This document shows positions 23,346-31,165 of a stretch of 36,916 bases of DNA, piece after piece. Each line of letters begins with the position of its first letter. Position 1 is the stretch's first letter. The notes beneath the pieces were generated by a model that was not told the DNA's origin, searched no databases, and saw nothing but the letters and a program-made list of their open reading frames with translations. A program made the translations under genes and the position numbers. This DNA comes from a bacterium (GTDB lineage: Bacteria; JAHJDO01): the NCBI GenBank assembly GCA_030631525.1, contig DAOVKY010000001.1, forward strand, positions 1 through 36,916, in the 5' to 3' direction.

Positions 23346-23517
23346 TATCTGCTCCCGATAAAGATACTCCCCACTCGGTCAGGCATGAGCAAACCTCGCT
23401 TTGCAGCGATAGATGGCCGATTAATCGGAACCCACTCGGCGGGGAGCTAATTTTAAATTTTAGTAGTTTACCCATGTTCGATATCATCCTCTCAAAAAAA
23501 GTTATTGTCAATGTTTT

Positions 23518-24756
23518 TCAAAAATCAAATATTCCCTGCGCCAATCTACGATCTTTTATCTTGATATATTTCTTCGAAATTTCTATGGCAACATAGCGTC
23601 TATGTATTAGTCTTGTTACTTTCGCTACTGTGCCAGATCCCATGAACGGGTCCAGACAAATTCCCTGCTTCCAGCCTGCAGAACATTTACAGTCAGTCCA
23701 GCCGATTGTCTCTGCTTGGTATTGCCCACAACGTTCTCTCTTTCCTCGTTGGTTGCTCTCACCGGGAATGCCAACTTTCTGATAAGTATATGGCTCATCT
23801 CTCTTGGTTTTCTTTGTGATCCTCACTCTTGCCTTCCCGCATTTCTTGCAGATCCATTCAGGACAGGCGCATTTTATCATCGGTGCGACTAGCTTCTCAG
23901 GAAATGTGGCGAAGTGAGCGGCGCTGAATGGCTGTGTTGCTATTTCCCAGACATCTCCGGGATTCTTTCCTTTTTCAAAATCGACCAAACATTTATTATC
24001 CCTAAAATATCCACTATGTTTTTCTATATTTTGTTTATCTTGGCCCGGAACTCGGGACCATTTTCTTTTGTTTAGTCTTGGTCTGTTTATTCCTGAATGG
24101 AGAGTTTGTCCGGGCGCACCAGCACTATATTTGTGATGGTCGCTTATCCCTCTTTGCAATCTTTCTAAGCTCGCAAGTTTGTGAGGCTCTCTCACCGCGT
24201 CAAGGTCGAACCAGTATTTCTTATTCTTTACCAGCATGAATACAGGCTCGTAGCCATTAGCGAATCTATCCTTTACTGAGCTTGGCATGTGATTCGGCTT
24301 TACCCATTTGATATCATTGCGCAGGATCCAGCCCTGATCATCTATCATTCTCAAGATGAGGCGATAGTTTTGGAGAGCAAGGCATTTTGGTTGAATTCCT
24401 GCTCCTGATTTACCGACTTTTGTTTGGCCTTCTCTCAATCCGCCGGCATTATAATCTCCACCAGAACCGCCGCTTCCGCCATAACTATCCCCATGATTCC
24501 AAAATAACACGCCTGTTTTCTTTAGCACTCGTTTAAGCTCTTGAGTGATTTGCAAGAGGTGCCGGAGATATAATTCCAACGTTGGCTCAAGTCCAAGCTG
24601 GCCATACCAAGCATCAGACCATTTAACTCTTGTCTCATCTCCATAATCTCGGAGTCCCCAATAAGGGCAGGAAGTTATAATTGTGTCTACGCATTCATCA
24701 GGAAATGTTCTCAGGACATCAAGCGCATGTCCCTGATAGATATGATTAAGTTTCAT
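23518..24756 (-). CDS. Beta-class N4/N6 amino DNA methyltransferase (orphan) with a Zn-ribbon insertion
   Basis: Motif IV region IITSCPYWGLRDYG is near the N-terminus. Motif I DPFMGSGT is near the C-terminus. The central part holds CPEWICKKCG...CKC. Confidence 0.8.
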   Translation of the reverse strand: MKLNHIYQGHALDVLRTFPDECVDTIITSCPYWGLRDYGDETRVKWSDAWYGQLGLEPTLELYLRHLLQITQELKRVLKKTGVLFWNHGDSYGGSGGSGGDYNAGGLREGQTKVGKSGAGIQPKCLALQNYRLILRMIDDQGWILRNDIKWVKPNHMPSSVKDRFANGYEPVFMLVKNKKYWFDLDAVREPHKLASLERLQRGISDHHKYSAGAPGQTLHSGINRPRLNKRKWSRVPGQDKQNIEKHSGYFRDNKCLVDFEKGKNPGDVWEIATQPFSAAHFATFPEKLVAPMIKCACPEWICKKCGKARVRITKKTKRDEPYTYQKVGIPGESNQRGKRERCGQYQAETIGWTDCKCSAGWKQGICLDPFMGSGTVAKVTRLIHRRYVAIEISKKYIKIKDRRLAQGIFDF

Positions 24757-24762
24757 TTATTC

Positions 24763-25236
24763 TTATCCACGCGGATATCTCCTATTCGGCTCTATATAAT
24801 CCATTCCTAAACGATTAAAGAAATCTCTTTCTTCCGGGCAGTTTAGCTTTTCCTCTCCTCTCCAAAGGTAGCCATCTCTCTGTTTCAAACCTACCTGTCT
24901 GGTTTTAATTCCCATGATCCATTTATTAAATTGCCACGGGCCCGTCCGGATTAAAAAGATATTGCCCCAATTATCTTTGTTGGCCCAGAAAATATCTATC
25001 TTTTGATAGTCAAATATAATCTTTGAATACTTAGACGGGAATTTCCCTTTGATATACTCTTGAGCATCCATAATAATTTTTAATCCAAACAAATCTTGGG
25101 GTATAGCGCAGATCTCTATGTCTTTAACGTCTCGCTTACCTCTGCGCACAGATCCAGCTATCTCTACTCTTGAACAGAATGGCTGGATGTGTCCTATAAA
25201 GGCATTTGCTACTTCTTTGGCAAATTCCAGCTGCAT
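24763..25236 (-). CDS. Minimal Pol-beta/Pol X-like nucleotidyltransferase (palm plus thumb only)
   Basis: AGSVRRGKRDVKDIEI is a GS-x-RRGK...D-x-D/E type NTase motif. The C-terminus ERDFFNRLGMDYIEPNRR resembles the Pol X thumb end (E..iF..lGl.yi.P..R). Confidence 0.55.
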   Translation of the reverse strand: MQLEFAKEVANAFIGHIQPFCSRVEIAGSVRRGKRDVKDIEICAIPQDLFGLKIIMDAQEYIKGKFPSKYSKIIFDYQKIDIFWANKDNWGNIFLIRTGPWQFNKWIMGIKTRQVGLKQRDGYLWRGEEKLNCPEERDFFNRLGMDYIEPNRRYPRG

Positions 25237-25245
25237 TTATGCTCC

Positions 25246-25443
25246 TCAGTTAACCGAAATATTTTCTTTCTCTGAGGTTATGCGAATTGACAGCGTATAG
25301 CCTTCGATGCGAATGGTCTGTCTATGCGCTGTCCCTAAAGCTACAATCAGTTTTTGTTCAGCCTCTTTGTAATCATCAATCGCATCTGTTTTGACTTCCT
25401 TTAGTCTCAAGAAATCCTGCGCTGCCTTTCCTACCTCGTTCAA
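25246..25443 (-). CDS. Hypothetical protein (start uncertain)
   Basis: The 65-aa frame begins at a TTG with no SD. A strong RBS+ATG at 25489 is in another frame (see finding). Confidence 0.35.
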   Translation of the reverse strand: MNEVGKAAQDFLRLKEVKTDAIDDYKEAEQKLIVALGTAHRQTIRIEGYTLSIRITSEKENISVN

Positions 25444-25523
25444 CTTCGACTTTAATATCTAGTTTTTCCTGCTTTGGCTTTCTTCCCATGATACTCTCCT
25501 TTTGGTTAGTTTAGTTAGTTTAC

Positions 25524-26186
25524 TTAGATTCTTCTTTTCATAATTTTTTTACAAACAAATCTGACGCCCGGTATCTTCCTCGCTCCTTTTTCTGTCCGAG
25601 CTATTCCATTAAGCATTGTCATATTTATTTGCAAATATTCTCTTGGCACCTGCGATCCATCTTCTATCTCTGCATGCCATATTTCTTGAATGACTGAGCC
25701 GTTAGCTCTGTCTATTTTTGGCGCGACAATTGGGGCATCAACACGCACATCTTCCGCTTGCTCCTGCAGTTCTTCTGCTTTGGCTGTTTTACCCTTAGCA
25801 TCCCATTTCTTTGCTCTTGCTTCGAGGATTTTGCGTTTGCGATCTTCCTCTGCTTTTGCTTTAAGTTCCAGCTTCCTTTGTTCTTCTATGCGTTTTTTCT
25901 CCATTTCATCGTCATAGGCAATCATTTTGTCTTTAACTATTTGCTCAGCATTTAAGACAGGTTCCAAATATTCCTTTCTTTTATTACCGGCTTCCTTATA
26001 TGTCCGATAAGCTGAGTCAACTATGGGATCAAAAGCATCCTTTATTCGTTTCTGTAGAGTCTTATCCGCTACCAGAAACTTATCTGCCTTTTCGTATTGC
26101 TCTTGATTCGCTATTGTGATGGCCTCTGCCTGCGTGGTGATGTCCTTTGTTTCCTTCTCGATTACGGCTACTGCTTTTTCTTCCAT
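25524..26186 (-). CDS. Coiled-coil protein of the recombination module (Gp157/DUF1351-like)
   Basis: AAGGAGAAG RBS. It has a K/E-rich central coiled coil and a C-terminus ...VPREYL......IPGVRF, as in proteins commonly found next to phage RecT. Confidence 0.35.
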   Translation of the reverse strand: MEEKAVAVIEKETKDITTQAEAITIANQEQYEKADKFLVADKTLQKRIKDAFDPIVDSAYRTYKEAGNKRKEYLEPVLNAEQIVKDKMIAYDDEMEKKRIEEQRKLELKAKAEEDRKRKILEARAKKWDAKGKTAKAEELQEQAEDVRVDAPIVAPKIDRANGSVIQEIWHAEIEDGSQVPREYLQINMTMLNGIARTEKGARKIPGVRFVCKKIMKRRI

Positions 26187-26189
26187 GAT

Positions 26190-26333
26190 TCACTTCTCCT
26201 TTTTGTTGGTTATTAATTCAATTACATCTAAGCTATTACAGAACTTGTTTTCTGTGATAATTTTCCACCCATAAGCCATTTTGAATATTCTAATTTTTCG
26301 ACTCTCAGGATTGATTAGAATTTTCTTTTCCAT
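26190..26333 (-). CDS. 47-aa hypothetical protein (not in the ORF track)
   Basis: GGGGGTGAAGG lies immediately upstream of the ATG. Its stop lies 3 nt upstream of the next start codon (intergenic gap 26187-26189). Confidence 0.4.
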   Translation of the reverse strand: MEKKILINPESRKIRIFKMAYGWKIITENKFCNSLDVIELITNKKEK

Positions 26334-26336
26334 CCT

Positions 26337-26534
26337 TCACCCCCTTTGCTTTGGATTGGTTTCTATTGCTTTAAAAAACATTCCACGCCGAGCCATCCTA
26401 GATAACGTATTAAACGTCATTCCTCTAATCAACCCCTGTGTAATGCTATTATTAAAATATACAAATCTGCCAGCTTCCAACTCCTTCGTTAATCCTATCA
26501 TCATTAATCTTCTACCTTTCTTATATTTATTCAT
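26337..26534 (-). CDS. Hypothetical protein
   Basis: GGGGTGGA RBS; tightly packed in the operon. Confidence 0.5.
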   Translation of the reverse strand: MNKYKKGRRLMMIGLTKELEAGRFVYFNNSITQGLIRGMTFNTLSRMARRGMFFKAIETNPKQRG

Positions 26535-26757
26535 GTTTCCACCCCAATTTTAAATCGTCTACATCAGTTAAAGCACTTGTATAATCCTTAAACTTTTTCC
26601 AGTTTCCTGCACAGTTATAAACTACACGAACACAATTAGAACTCAGGGAATATTCTCCAATTTCTTTTACTATTCCATTCTCCCATCTAGTTTCGCCATA
26701 GTGTTCTGGTTGATAATGAACCTTATCACCGACTTTTAACTTTGAAATATCAATCAT
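26527..26757 (-). CDS. Hypothetical protein
   Basis: AAGGAGAA RBS; 76 aa. Confidence 0.55.
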   Translation of the reverse strand: MIDISKLKVGDKVHYQPEHYGETRWENGIVKEIGEYSLSSNCVRVVYNCAGNWKKFKDYTSALTDVDDLKLGWKHE

Positions 26758-26772
26758 GCTTTCTCCTTTACG

Positions 26773-27024
26773 TTATCTATAATCATCAAATATTTCTAAA
26801 TAAAAATATCCCAATCTTTCGTCATATCCCAAAATAACTTCTTTCTCAATTTCGTTAACAAATTTCCCTAATTCCTCTAGCGTAGCGAATTTTATCAGCC
26901 ATTCGTCTATATATGGATTTGAATTATTTGGATACATAGTATTTTTAATAGAGATGCGAACAGCATCCTTGCATGGTTTTTCCTTATCTGTAAAATCAGA
27001 CAGTCTTGATATTAAAAATTCCAT
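26773..27024 (-). CDS. Hypothetical protein
   Basis: AAGGAG RBS; 83 aa, acidic. Confidence 0.55.
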   Translation of the reverse strand: MEFLISRLSDFTDKEKPCKDAVRISIKNTMYPNNSNPYIDEWLIKFATLEELGKFVNEIEKEVILGYDERLGYFYLEIFDDYR

Positions 27025-27031
27025 ATTCTCC

Positions 27032-27631
27032 TTATAAGTTATTGATCTTTTTCCAATTCACGATGTTGAGACAGGCAAGAAACACGCTAAAATCAGATTT
27101 CTCTTTGTATTCCTGCATCCGGTATGTTCCTTTCTCTAACAACTGAACTACTAATCTGCGCTTGATTTTGCCCTCTCTTATCTTGCCCTCGTTGTGTGCT
27201 TCCATATAGGCTGCGGTTTGCAATGCTATTGTTTTGGGAAGCGTAGTGCCTGACTTGATATCAATCAGCGTTTTAATACCATCTATCCGGCCAATCCTGT
27301 CATAAGTCCCCGCGTAACGATATATCTTTGAATAGACAATTTGCTCTGAACTCTCAAGTATAAATCCTGTATCTTTTTCCCACTTAAGCCAAGCATGTAG
27401 ATAAGGTTTTAATGCTGGATCAAGACTGCCCATATCTAAGTCGTTTATATCGTGAAGGTGGCATGCTGTATGGACAGCCTTTCCAAATTCCTGCGCTCTC
27501 TTTAACACATCGGGATTGGCTTTGCTGAAGTCGCTCAATCCCGCTTCTTCAATGCTGTTAGTAACGCCCGGAATTACCCTGCCTGTATCGGTATCCGTGT
27601 AGATGTGAGTTTCTGGATCGCAAATTATCAT
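27032..27631 (-). CDS. PD-(D/E)XK exonuclease (YqaJ/Cas4-like recombination exonuclease)
   Basis: GTYDRIG...LIDIKSG is a D...(D/E)xK motif, and QTAAY is a QxxxY motif. The ATG at 27631 overlaps the recT stop (ATGA). The track's N-terminal extension overlaps recT. Confidence 0.7.
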   Translation of the reverse strand: MIICDPETHIYTDTDTGRVIPGVTNSIEEAGLSDFSKANPDVLKRAQEFGKAVHTACHLHDINDLDMGSLDPALKPYLHAWLKWEKDTGFILESSEQIVYSKIYRYAGTYDRIGRIDGIKTLIDIKSGTTLPKTIALQTAAYMEAHNEGKIREGKIKRRLVVQLLEKGTYRMQEYKEKSDFSVFLACLNIVNWKKINNL

Positions 27632-28722
27632 CCTTCTGATCCCGGTTCTCTTTCTTCTCCACCATCCTTCTTTGCCTGTAGCATTTCCTGTATTATCGCC
27701 GCGCCCTCTTTGATTGTCTTGATCTGGTTGGCGTGTTCGCATCCGTTAGCACCTAAGACTTCATAATAAACCTTATCCCCGACTGTTGCTTTTATATTTT
27801 CGAAGTCTTTTATCATCTCAGCAAAGGCACTATCAGGCTTTTTCTTTGACATATCTTTTTCTGACTCGATCTCTGGCGCACCTGATTTCTTTCCCTTTTT
27901 CCCGGATGCCTTTGGTTTGTCTTTTTTCTCAGGCTCAGGCTTCGGTTCTGGTTCTGGCTCTGGCTTATCTGATAGGGATTTGGGTTGTTCAACCTCTGGC
28001 TTTCCTACCACTTCTGCAGACCTCATGATATCTATCGGCACGTCGTAGTCTTTATCTACCGCGTCTCTGAACTCTGCTGATACCGGCAACCATTTTGAAT
28101 GCCTGCGGAATACTGTTTTCTTTGCCATCTCATTCCAATCTGTAACCCATGGCCCCTTTGTAGCAGCTTGCGATCTCTTGCGTATGGCTTCTACCTCTTG
28201 GATATTCATTACCTCATAGCTGGTGGACCCGTCTTTGAGCTTTACAAATGAATATGCCGCTATAACGTTACCTTTTTTATCAATGGCAGGCCTGTGTTCT
28301 AGGTTTCCATTAGTCCCGAATGAATATGCAAAGAAGTCATTCTCGCATACCACGTCAGCGTGTATGTCCGCAATCTCCCCGCTTCTGCGGGCCAGCGCAA
28401 CCAGTCCTTTGTAATCAATAATCAGTGTGCAGATAGTTTTATTTGTCTTTTTACTGCGGTATGGTATAAGGTGCGCTCTACGTCCATCTGGTTCAAGTCC
28501 TAGTTCTGAGCAACTCATAAGACACTCTGTTAAACTTTCCTTTGAGCAAGCAAGCAGCTGGGGTGTCTTATTAAAGGCCGTTAATGCTACCCTCAAAAAT
28601 CTATCTACTGTTAGATGCTTAGGCAGTGCCAGAGCAAATTGTTTCTTTGCCGCACCCGATGTCACCAGATCCTTAATGTTGTTTGGATCTACTTCGTAGT
28701 CTTTTCCGTTCTCGTTTGTCAT
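27628..28722 (-). CDS. recT: RecT-family single-strand annealing protein with a C-terminal extension
   Basis: The core LPKHLTVDRFLRVALTAFNKTPQLLACSKESL...ELGLEPDG..AHLIPY...IIDYKGL..LARRSGEI is RecT-like. It is followed by a KPEPEPEPKPEPEKK linker and an extra domain of about 70 aa. Confidence 0.8.
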   Translation of the reverse strand: MTNENGKDYEVDPNNIKDLVTSGAAKKQFALALPKHLTVDRFLRVALTAFNKTPQLLACSKESLTECLMSCSELGLEPDGRRAHLIPYRSKKTNKTICTLIIDYKGLVALARRSGEIADIHADVVCENDFFAYSFGTNGNLEHRPAIDKKGNVIAAYSFVKLKDGSTSYEVMNIQEVEAIRKRSQAATKGPWVTDWNEMAKKTVFRRHSKWLPVSAEFRDAVDKDYDVPIDIMRSAEVVGKPEVEQPKSLSDKPEPEPEPKPEPEKKDKPKASGKKGKKSGAPEIESEKDMSKKKPDSAFAEMIKDFENIKATVGDKVYYEVLGANGCEHANQIKTIKEGAAIIQEMLQAKKDGGEEREPGSEG

Positions 28723-28835
28723 GATTAGTTCTCCTCTGTTTGATTGATAATATGCCAGTCGATTCTCTCCAGAAGCTCTTGCTCCTCTCTTAGAGAATAT
28801 TCCTCGTATCTGTCATCTTCCACTTAGTCTCTCCT

Positions 28836-29069
28836 TTATGTATCCACTTCTGCAGTATCATATGCAAACTTAGGTCTTTTTTTATTAATAAACATATGAA
28901 GCATGTCTAACTTTGCAATAGCCGATACCTGCATAAGTGCTCTTGGAGAATTTATTTCTACCGAAGCGGGTCCACAATCTAGGACATGTTTATAATCTCT
29001 TGTAACTTCCTTGATAGCAGCTATTATTTTTTCCTCTGTGATATAACTTCTCTTAACTTCCTTTACCAT
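28836..29069 (-). CDS. Hypothetical protein
   Basis: GGGGGTGAG RBS; 77 aa. Confidence 0.55.
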   Translation of the reverse strand: MVKEVKRSYITEEKIIAAIKEVTRDYKHVLDCGPASVEINSPRALMQVSAIAKLDMLHMFINKKRPKFAYDTAEVDT

Positions 29070-29092
29070 TCTATTCTCACCCCCTCTGTTAT

Positions 29093-29257
29093 TTATAGAT
29101 CCTTTTTCATCTCTGTAATTTTATCAGCAAAGTAATTGACTCGCTTTTTCATTTTCGCAGTGTTGTCTTTAGGATCATGCGCTAAAATCCACTCCGTTTT
29201 TAGAAAAGATTCCACTGCCTTAAGCAGTTTATCTCTTGCTTCGTTTTGCGATTTCAT
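29093..29257 (-). CDS. 54-aa hypothetical protein (not in the ORF track)
   Basis: AAGGGGGTGAAGC lies directly upstream of the ATG at 29257. It overlaps the 3' end of the upstream gene by 29 nt. Confidence 0.4.
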   Translation of the reverse strand: MKSQNEARDKLLKAVESFLKTEWILAHDPKDNTAKMKKRVNYFADKITEMKKDL

Positions 29258-29744
29258 GCTTCACCCCCTTTTTCTTTTCTGCTTCATCAAAAACAATATA
29301 ATCAAATTTCTTTCCGTTTAGATCCTGTTTTTGTTTGTTGGTGCATTTCCAACAGTCGCAGTTCTCAAAGCTGCCTGCTTTCTTTAGGCGTGGGCACTTG
29401 TTTCTCTCCTCTATCATGCAAGGGATCAGTCTGTTTTTATAAAAGATATGCGGGTTATCCATTATTGCCTGCACGATCTTGGCTTTTGATAGGCCTAAGT
29501 GTTTTAACCATTTGACGCACCAGCCGGCATGCCCATTGTTTTTATGTGTAGGCTCATCAACGTAGACCTTAACCTCTTTGATATCTTTATGCTTGCGCCA
29601 TGCTCTCATATCCCATAAACCTGTTGTTTTTAAATACTTCAGGCAGTATTCTTCGTTGTAATGGTCAAGCTCTGCCCGGCTGTTGTTGTCCGGACAGGCT
29701 TCGATTGATTTTTCTTCGAACAGATCTAACTGATCCATTTTCAT
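29229..29744 (-). CDS. Hypothetical Cys-rich protein
   Basis: ATG 29744 forms an ATGA overlap with the upstream stop. An alternative ATG is at 29738. The sequence has several Cys/His clusters (CPRLKKAGSFENCDCWKC). Confidence 0.55.
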   Translation of the reverse strand: MKMDQLDLFEEKSIEACPDNNSRAELDHYNEEYCLKYLKTTGLWDMRAWRKHKDIKEVKVYVDEPTHKNNGHAGWCVKWLKHLGLSKAKIVQAIMDNPHIFYKNRLIPCMIEERNKCPRLKKAGSFENCDCWKCTNKQKQDLNGKKFDYIVFDEAEKKKGVKHEIAKRSKR

Positions 29745-29935
29745 ATCCCCTCTATAAAACAATCATCGCAGATGATAATAAGTTCTTTCTGGGTCCTCCC
29801 GCAAATTGCGCAGGTATGCCTTTCCTTTTCCTCTTTCTCTTTCTTCTCATGCCATGCTGCCAAAAACATCGCTACAATGGGGCTTAAGAATGCTAGGATT
29901 GCGCAGATAAATATTATTATGGCTAGGGTTTTCAT
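29741..29935 (-). CDS. Small TM plus zinc-ribbon protein
   Basis: The N-terminal TM is LAIIIFICAILAFLSPIVAMFLAAW. The C-terminal part is CAICG...CDDC. Confidence 0.5.
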   Translation of the reverse strand: MKTLAIIIFICAILAFLSPIVAMFLAAWHEKKEKEEKERHTCAICGRTQKELIIICDDCFIEGI

Positions 29936-30210
29936 TATATTTCCTGTTCTACTGAAAACTCAACCCACCAATGTGTTGTGGCTTTTAGAGTCTTGTCTGC
30001 AGATTTCTTTTGCTCTCCACTTTTTATGATAGTGTGCTTTATCCCTGCTTTTGCTAAATCTCTACTAATACTACGTTCCAAAGTTCCGCCGCCTTTTCCA
30101 TGCTGATAAAAATATGCTTTGCGTGCTATAAAATTACCATCCTCTGTTTTGCTCACGCTATCAGCAATTATGATATCTTTTATTCGCGCTACACTTATTC
30201 CGTTAGCCAT
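29935..30210 (-). CDS. Hypothetical protein
   Basis: AAGGAGAA RBS; 91 aa. Confidence 0.55.
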   Translation of the reverse strand: MANGISVARIKDIIIADSVSKTEDGNFIARKAYFYQHGKGGGTLERSISRDLAKAGIKHTIIKSGEQKKSADKTLKATTHWWVEFSVEQEI

Positions 30211-30211
30211 G

Positions 30212-30682
30212 TTATTTCTCCTTTTTTTTAAAGATCTGTTTTAGCTTCTGTTTGTGCTTTATGTGTATTTGTTTACCATTTTCCCATTGTATAATGGTTT
30301 GCACGCTCACATTTAATTCAGACGCAAGTTTCTCTTGAGTCCATTTTTTTGTTTCTCTCAGTTCTCTCACAAAAATTTGTTTTAATTTGCGGTCATATCT
30401 TCCGCGAAAATAGTCTGGCAATCTTATCTTCTTTTCATTCTTAATTATTTTATAAACTTCGTTACTGCCCAAAACCTCAGCACGATACCATTCATTGCGG
30501 ATACGATGTTTTCTTGCTGCATAATGGATTTTGCTTTCCAGTTCTTTATCTCCTTCAAAGAGCTTGCGTATTTTTAATTCCTCATAGTGCGCTGTTTGTA
30601 AATGGTCATAACGACCTGCAATGTTTTCAGTCCAGCCTATTTTAATCGGTTTATTCTCTCCGGCTTGAATAAAGTAAATCAT
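30212..30682 (-). CDS. T5orf172 (GIY-YIG superfamily) domain protein fused to a C-terminal XRE-type HTH
   Basis: YFIQAGENKPIKIGWTENIAGRYDHLQTAH...E..IH......R.RNEWY is the T5orf172 pattern. WTQEKLASELNVSVQTIIQWENGK is an HTH. ATG 30682 overlaps the stop of the upstream HTH gene (ATGA). Confidence 0.65.
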   Translation of the reverse strand: MIYFIQAGENKPIKIGWTENIAGRYDHLQTAHYEELKIRKLFEGDKELESKIHYAARKHRIRNEWYRAEVLGSNEVYKIIKNEKKIRLPDYFRGRYDRKLKQIFVRELRETKKWTQEKLASELNVSVQTIIQWENGKQIHIKHKQKLKQIFKKKEK

Positions 30683-30840
30683 TTCTTCCCTAATATTTTT
30701 TCGAGTTTTTTTAGAAATATCCGATGAGGTTTTGTTTTGCCTGTTTCCCAACGATGAACTGACATCATAGATACTCCAACTTTTGAGGCTACATCTTCTA
30801 ATGTCCAGCCTCTTTTCTCACGCAATTTCTTAATATCCAT
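30679..30840 (-). CDS. 53-aa Cro/CI-type (XRE) HTH regulator (not in the ORF track)
   Basis: AAGGAGAG RBS. The sequence is MDIKKLREKRGWTLEDVASKVGVSMMSVHRWETGKTKPHRIFLKKLEKILGKK. It explains the spurious N-terminal extension of track ORF 30212-30751. Confidence 0.7.
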   Translation of the reverse strand: MDIKKLREKRGWTLEDVASKVGVSMMSVHRWETGKTKPHRIFLKKLEKILGKK

Positions 30841-30920
30841 ATTCTCTCCTTATCCGTAATAATTATTATCGTTGTTTGTTGCCGCTACGACTAGTATTAC
30901 AATCAACAATATTAAAGTTA

Positions 30921-31097
30921 TCATTGTTCATTAAAGATAGATTTTACCCTCTCCAAGCGGATGGCAATTTTTGCCATGCAGTCTGAACTACCTATAAGCA
31001 GTTTATAAGCATAGTCAGGCTCTGCCTTAACCTTATCTAAGGTCATATTGCCTATCCAGCGGTTATACTGCCTTAATTGCCTTATTGAGTCTCTCAT
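30921..31097 (-). CDS. 58-aa first gene of the early leftward operon, unknown function
   Basis: AAGGAG with a 6-nt spacer precedes ATG 31097. The upstream ATGs of the track ORF lie inside or at the promoter. Confidence 0.5.
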   Translation of the reverse strand: MRDSIRQLRQYNRWIGNMTLDKVKAEPDYAYKLLIGSSDCMAKIAIRLERVKSIFNEQ

Positions 31098-31137
31098 GGT
31101 TTGCTCCTTTTTTTGTTTTAGTTTACCCATGTTTTCC

Positions 31138-31165
31138 ATTATAACAATGGTTATACACCTGTCAA
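31138..31165 (-). promoter_or_regulatory. Consensus sigma70 early leftward promoter
   Basis: On the minus strand: TTGACA (31165-31160), a 16-nt spacer, then TATAAT (31143-31138). Confidence 0.65.

Noticed and set aside
27632-27742. N-terminal 37-aa extension of the exonuclease ORF
   Set aside because: It overlaps the recT 3' end in another frame, reads as an R/G/N-rich low-complexity peptide, and an ATGA-coupled start exists at 27631.
28725-28823. 32-aa GTG-initiated ORF upstream of recT
   Set aside because: An AGGAGAG is upstream, but the ORF is very short, uses a non-ATG start and has no recognisable features. It is left uncalled.
30683-30751. N-terminal 23-aa extension of the T5orf172 ORF given in the track
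   Set aside because: The region is better explained by the 53-aa HTH gene (30679-30840) in another frame, which has a strong RBS. The ATGA coupling points to ATG 30682 as the start.
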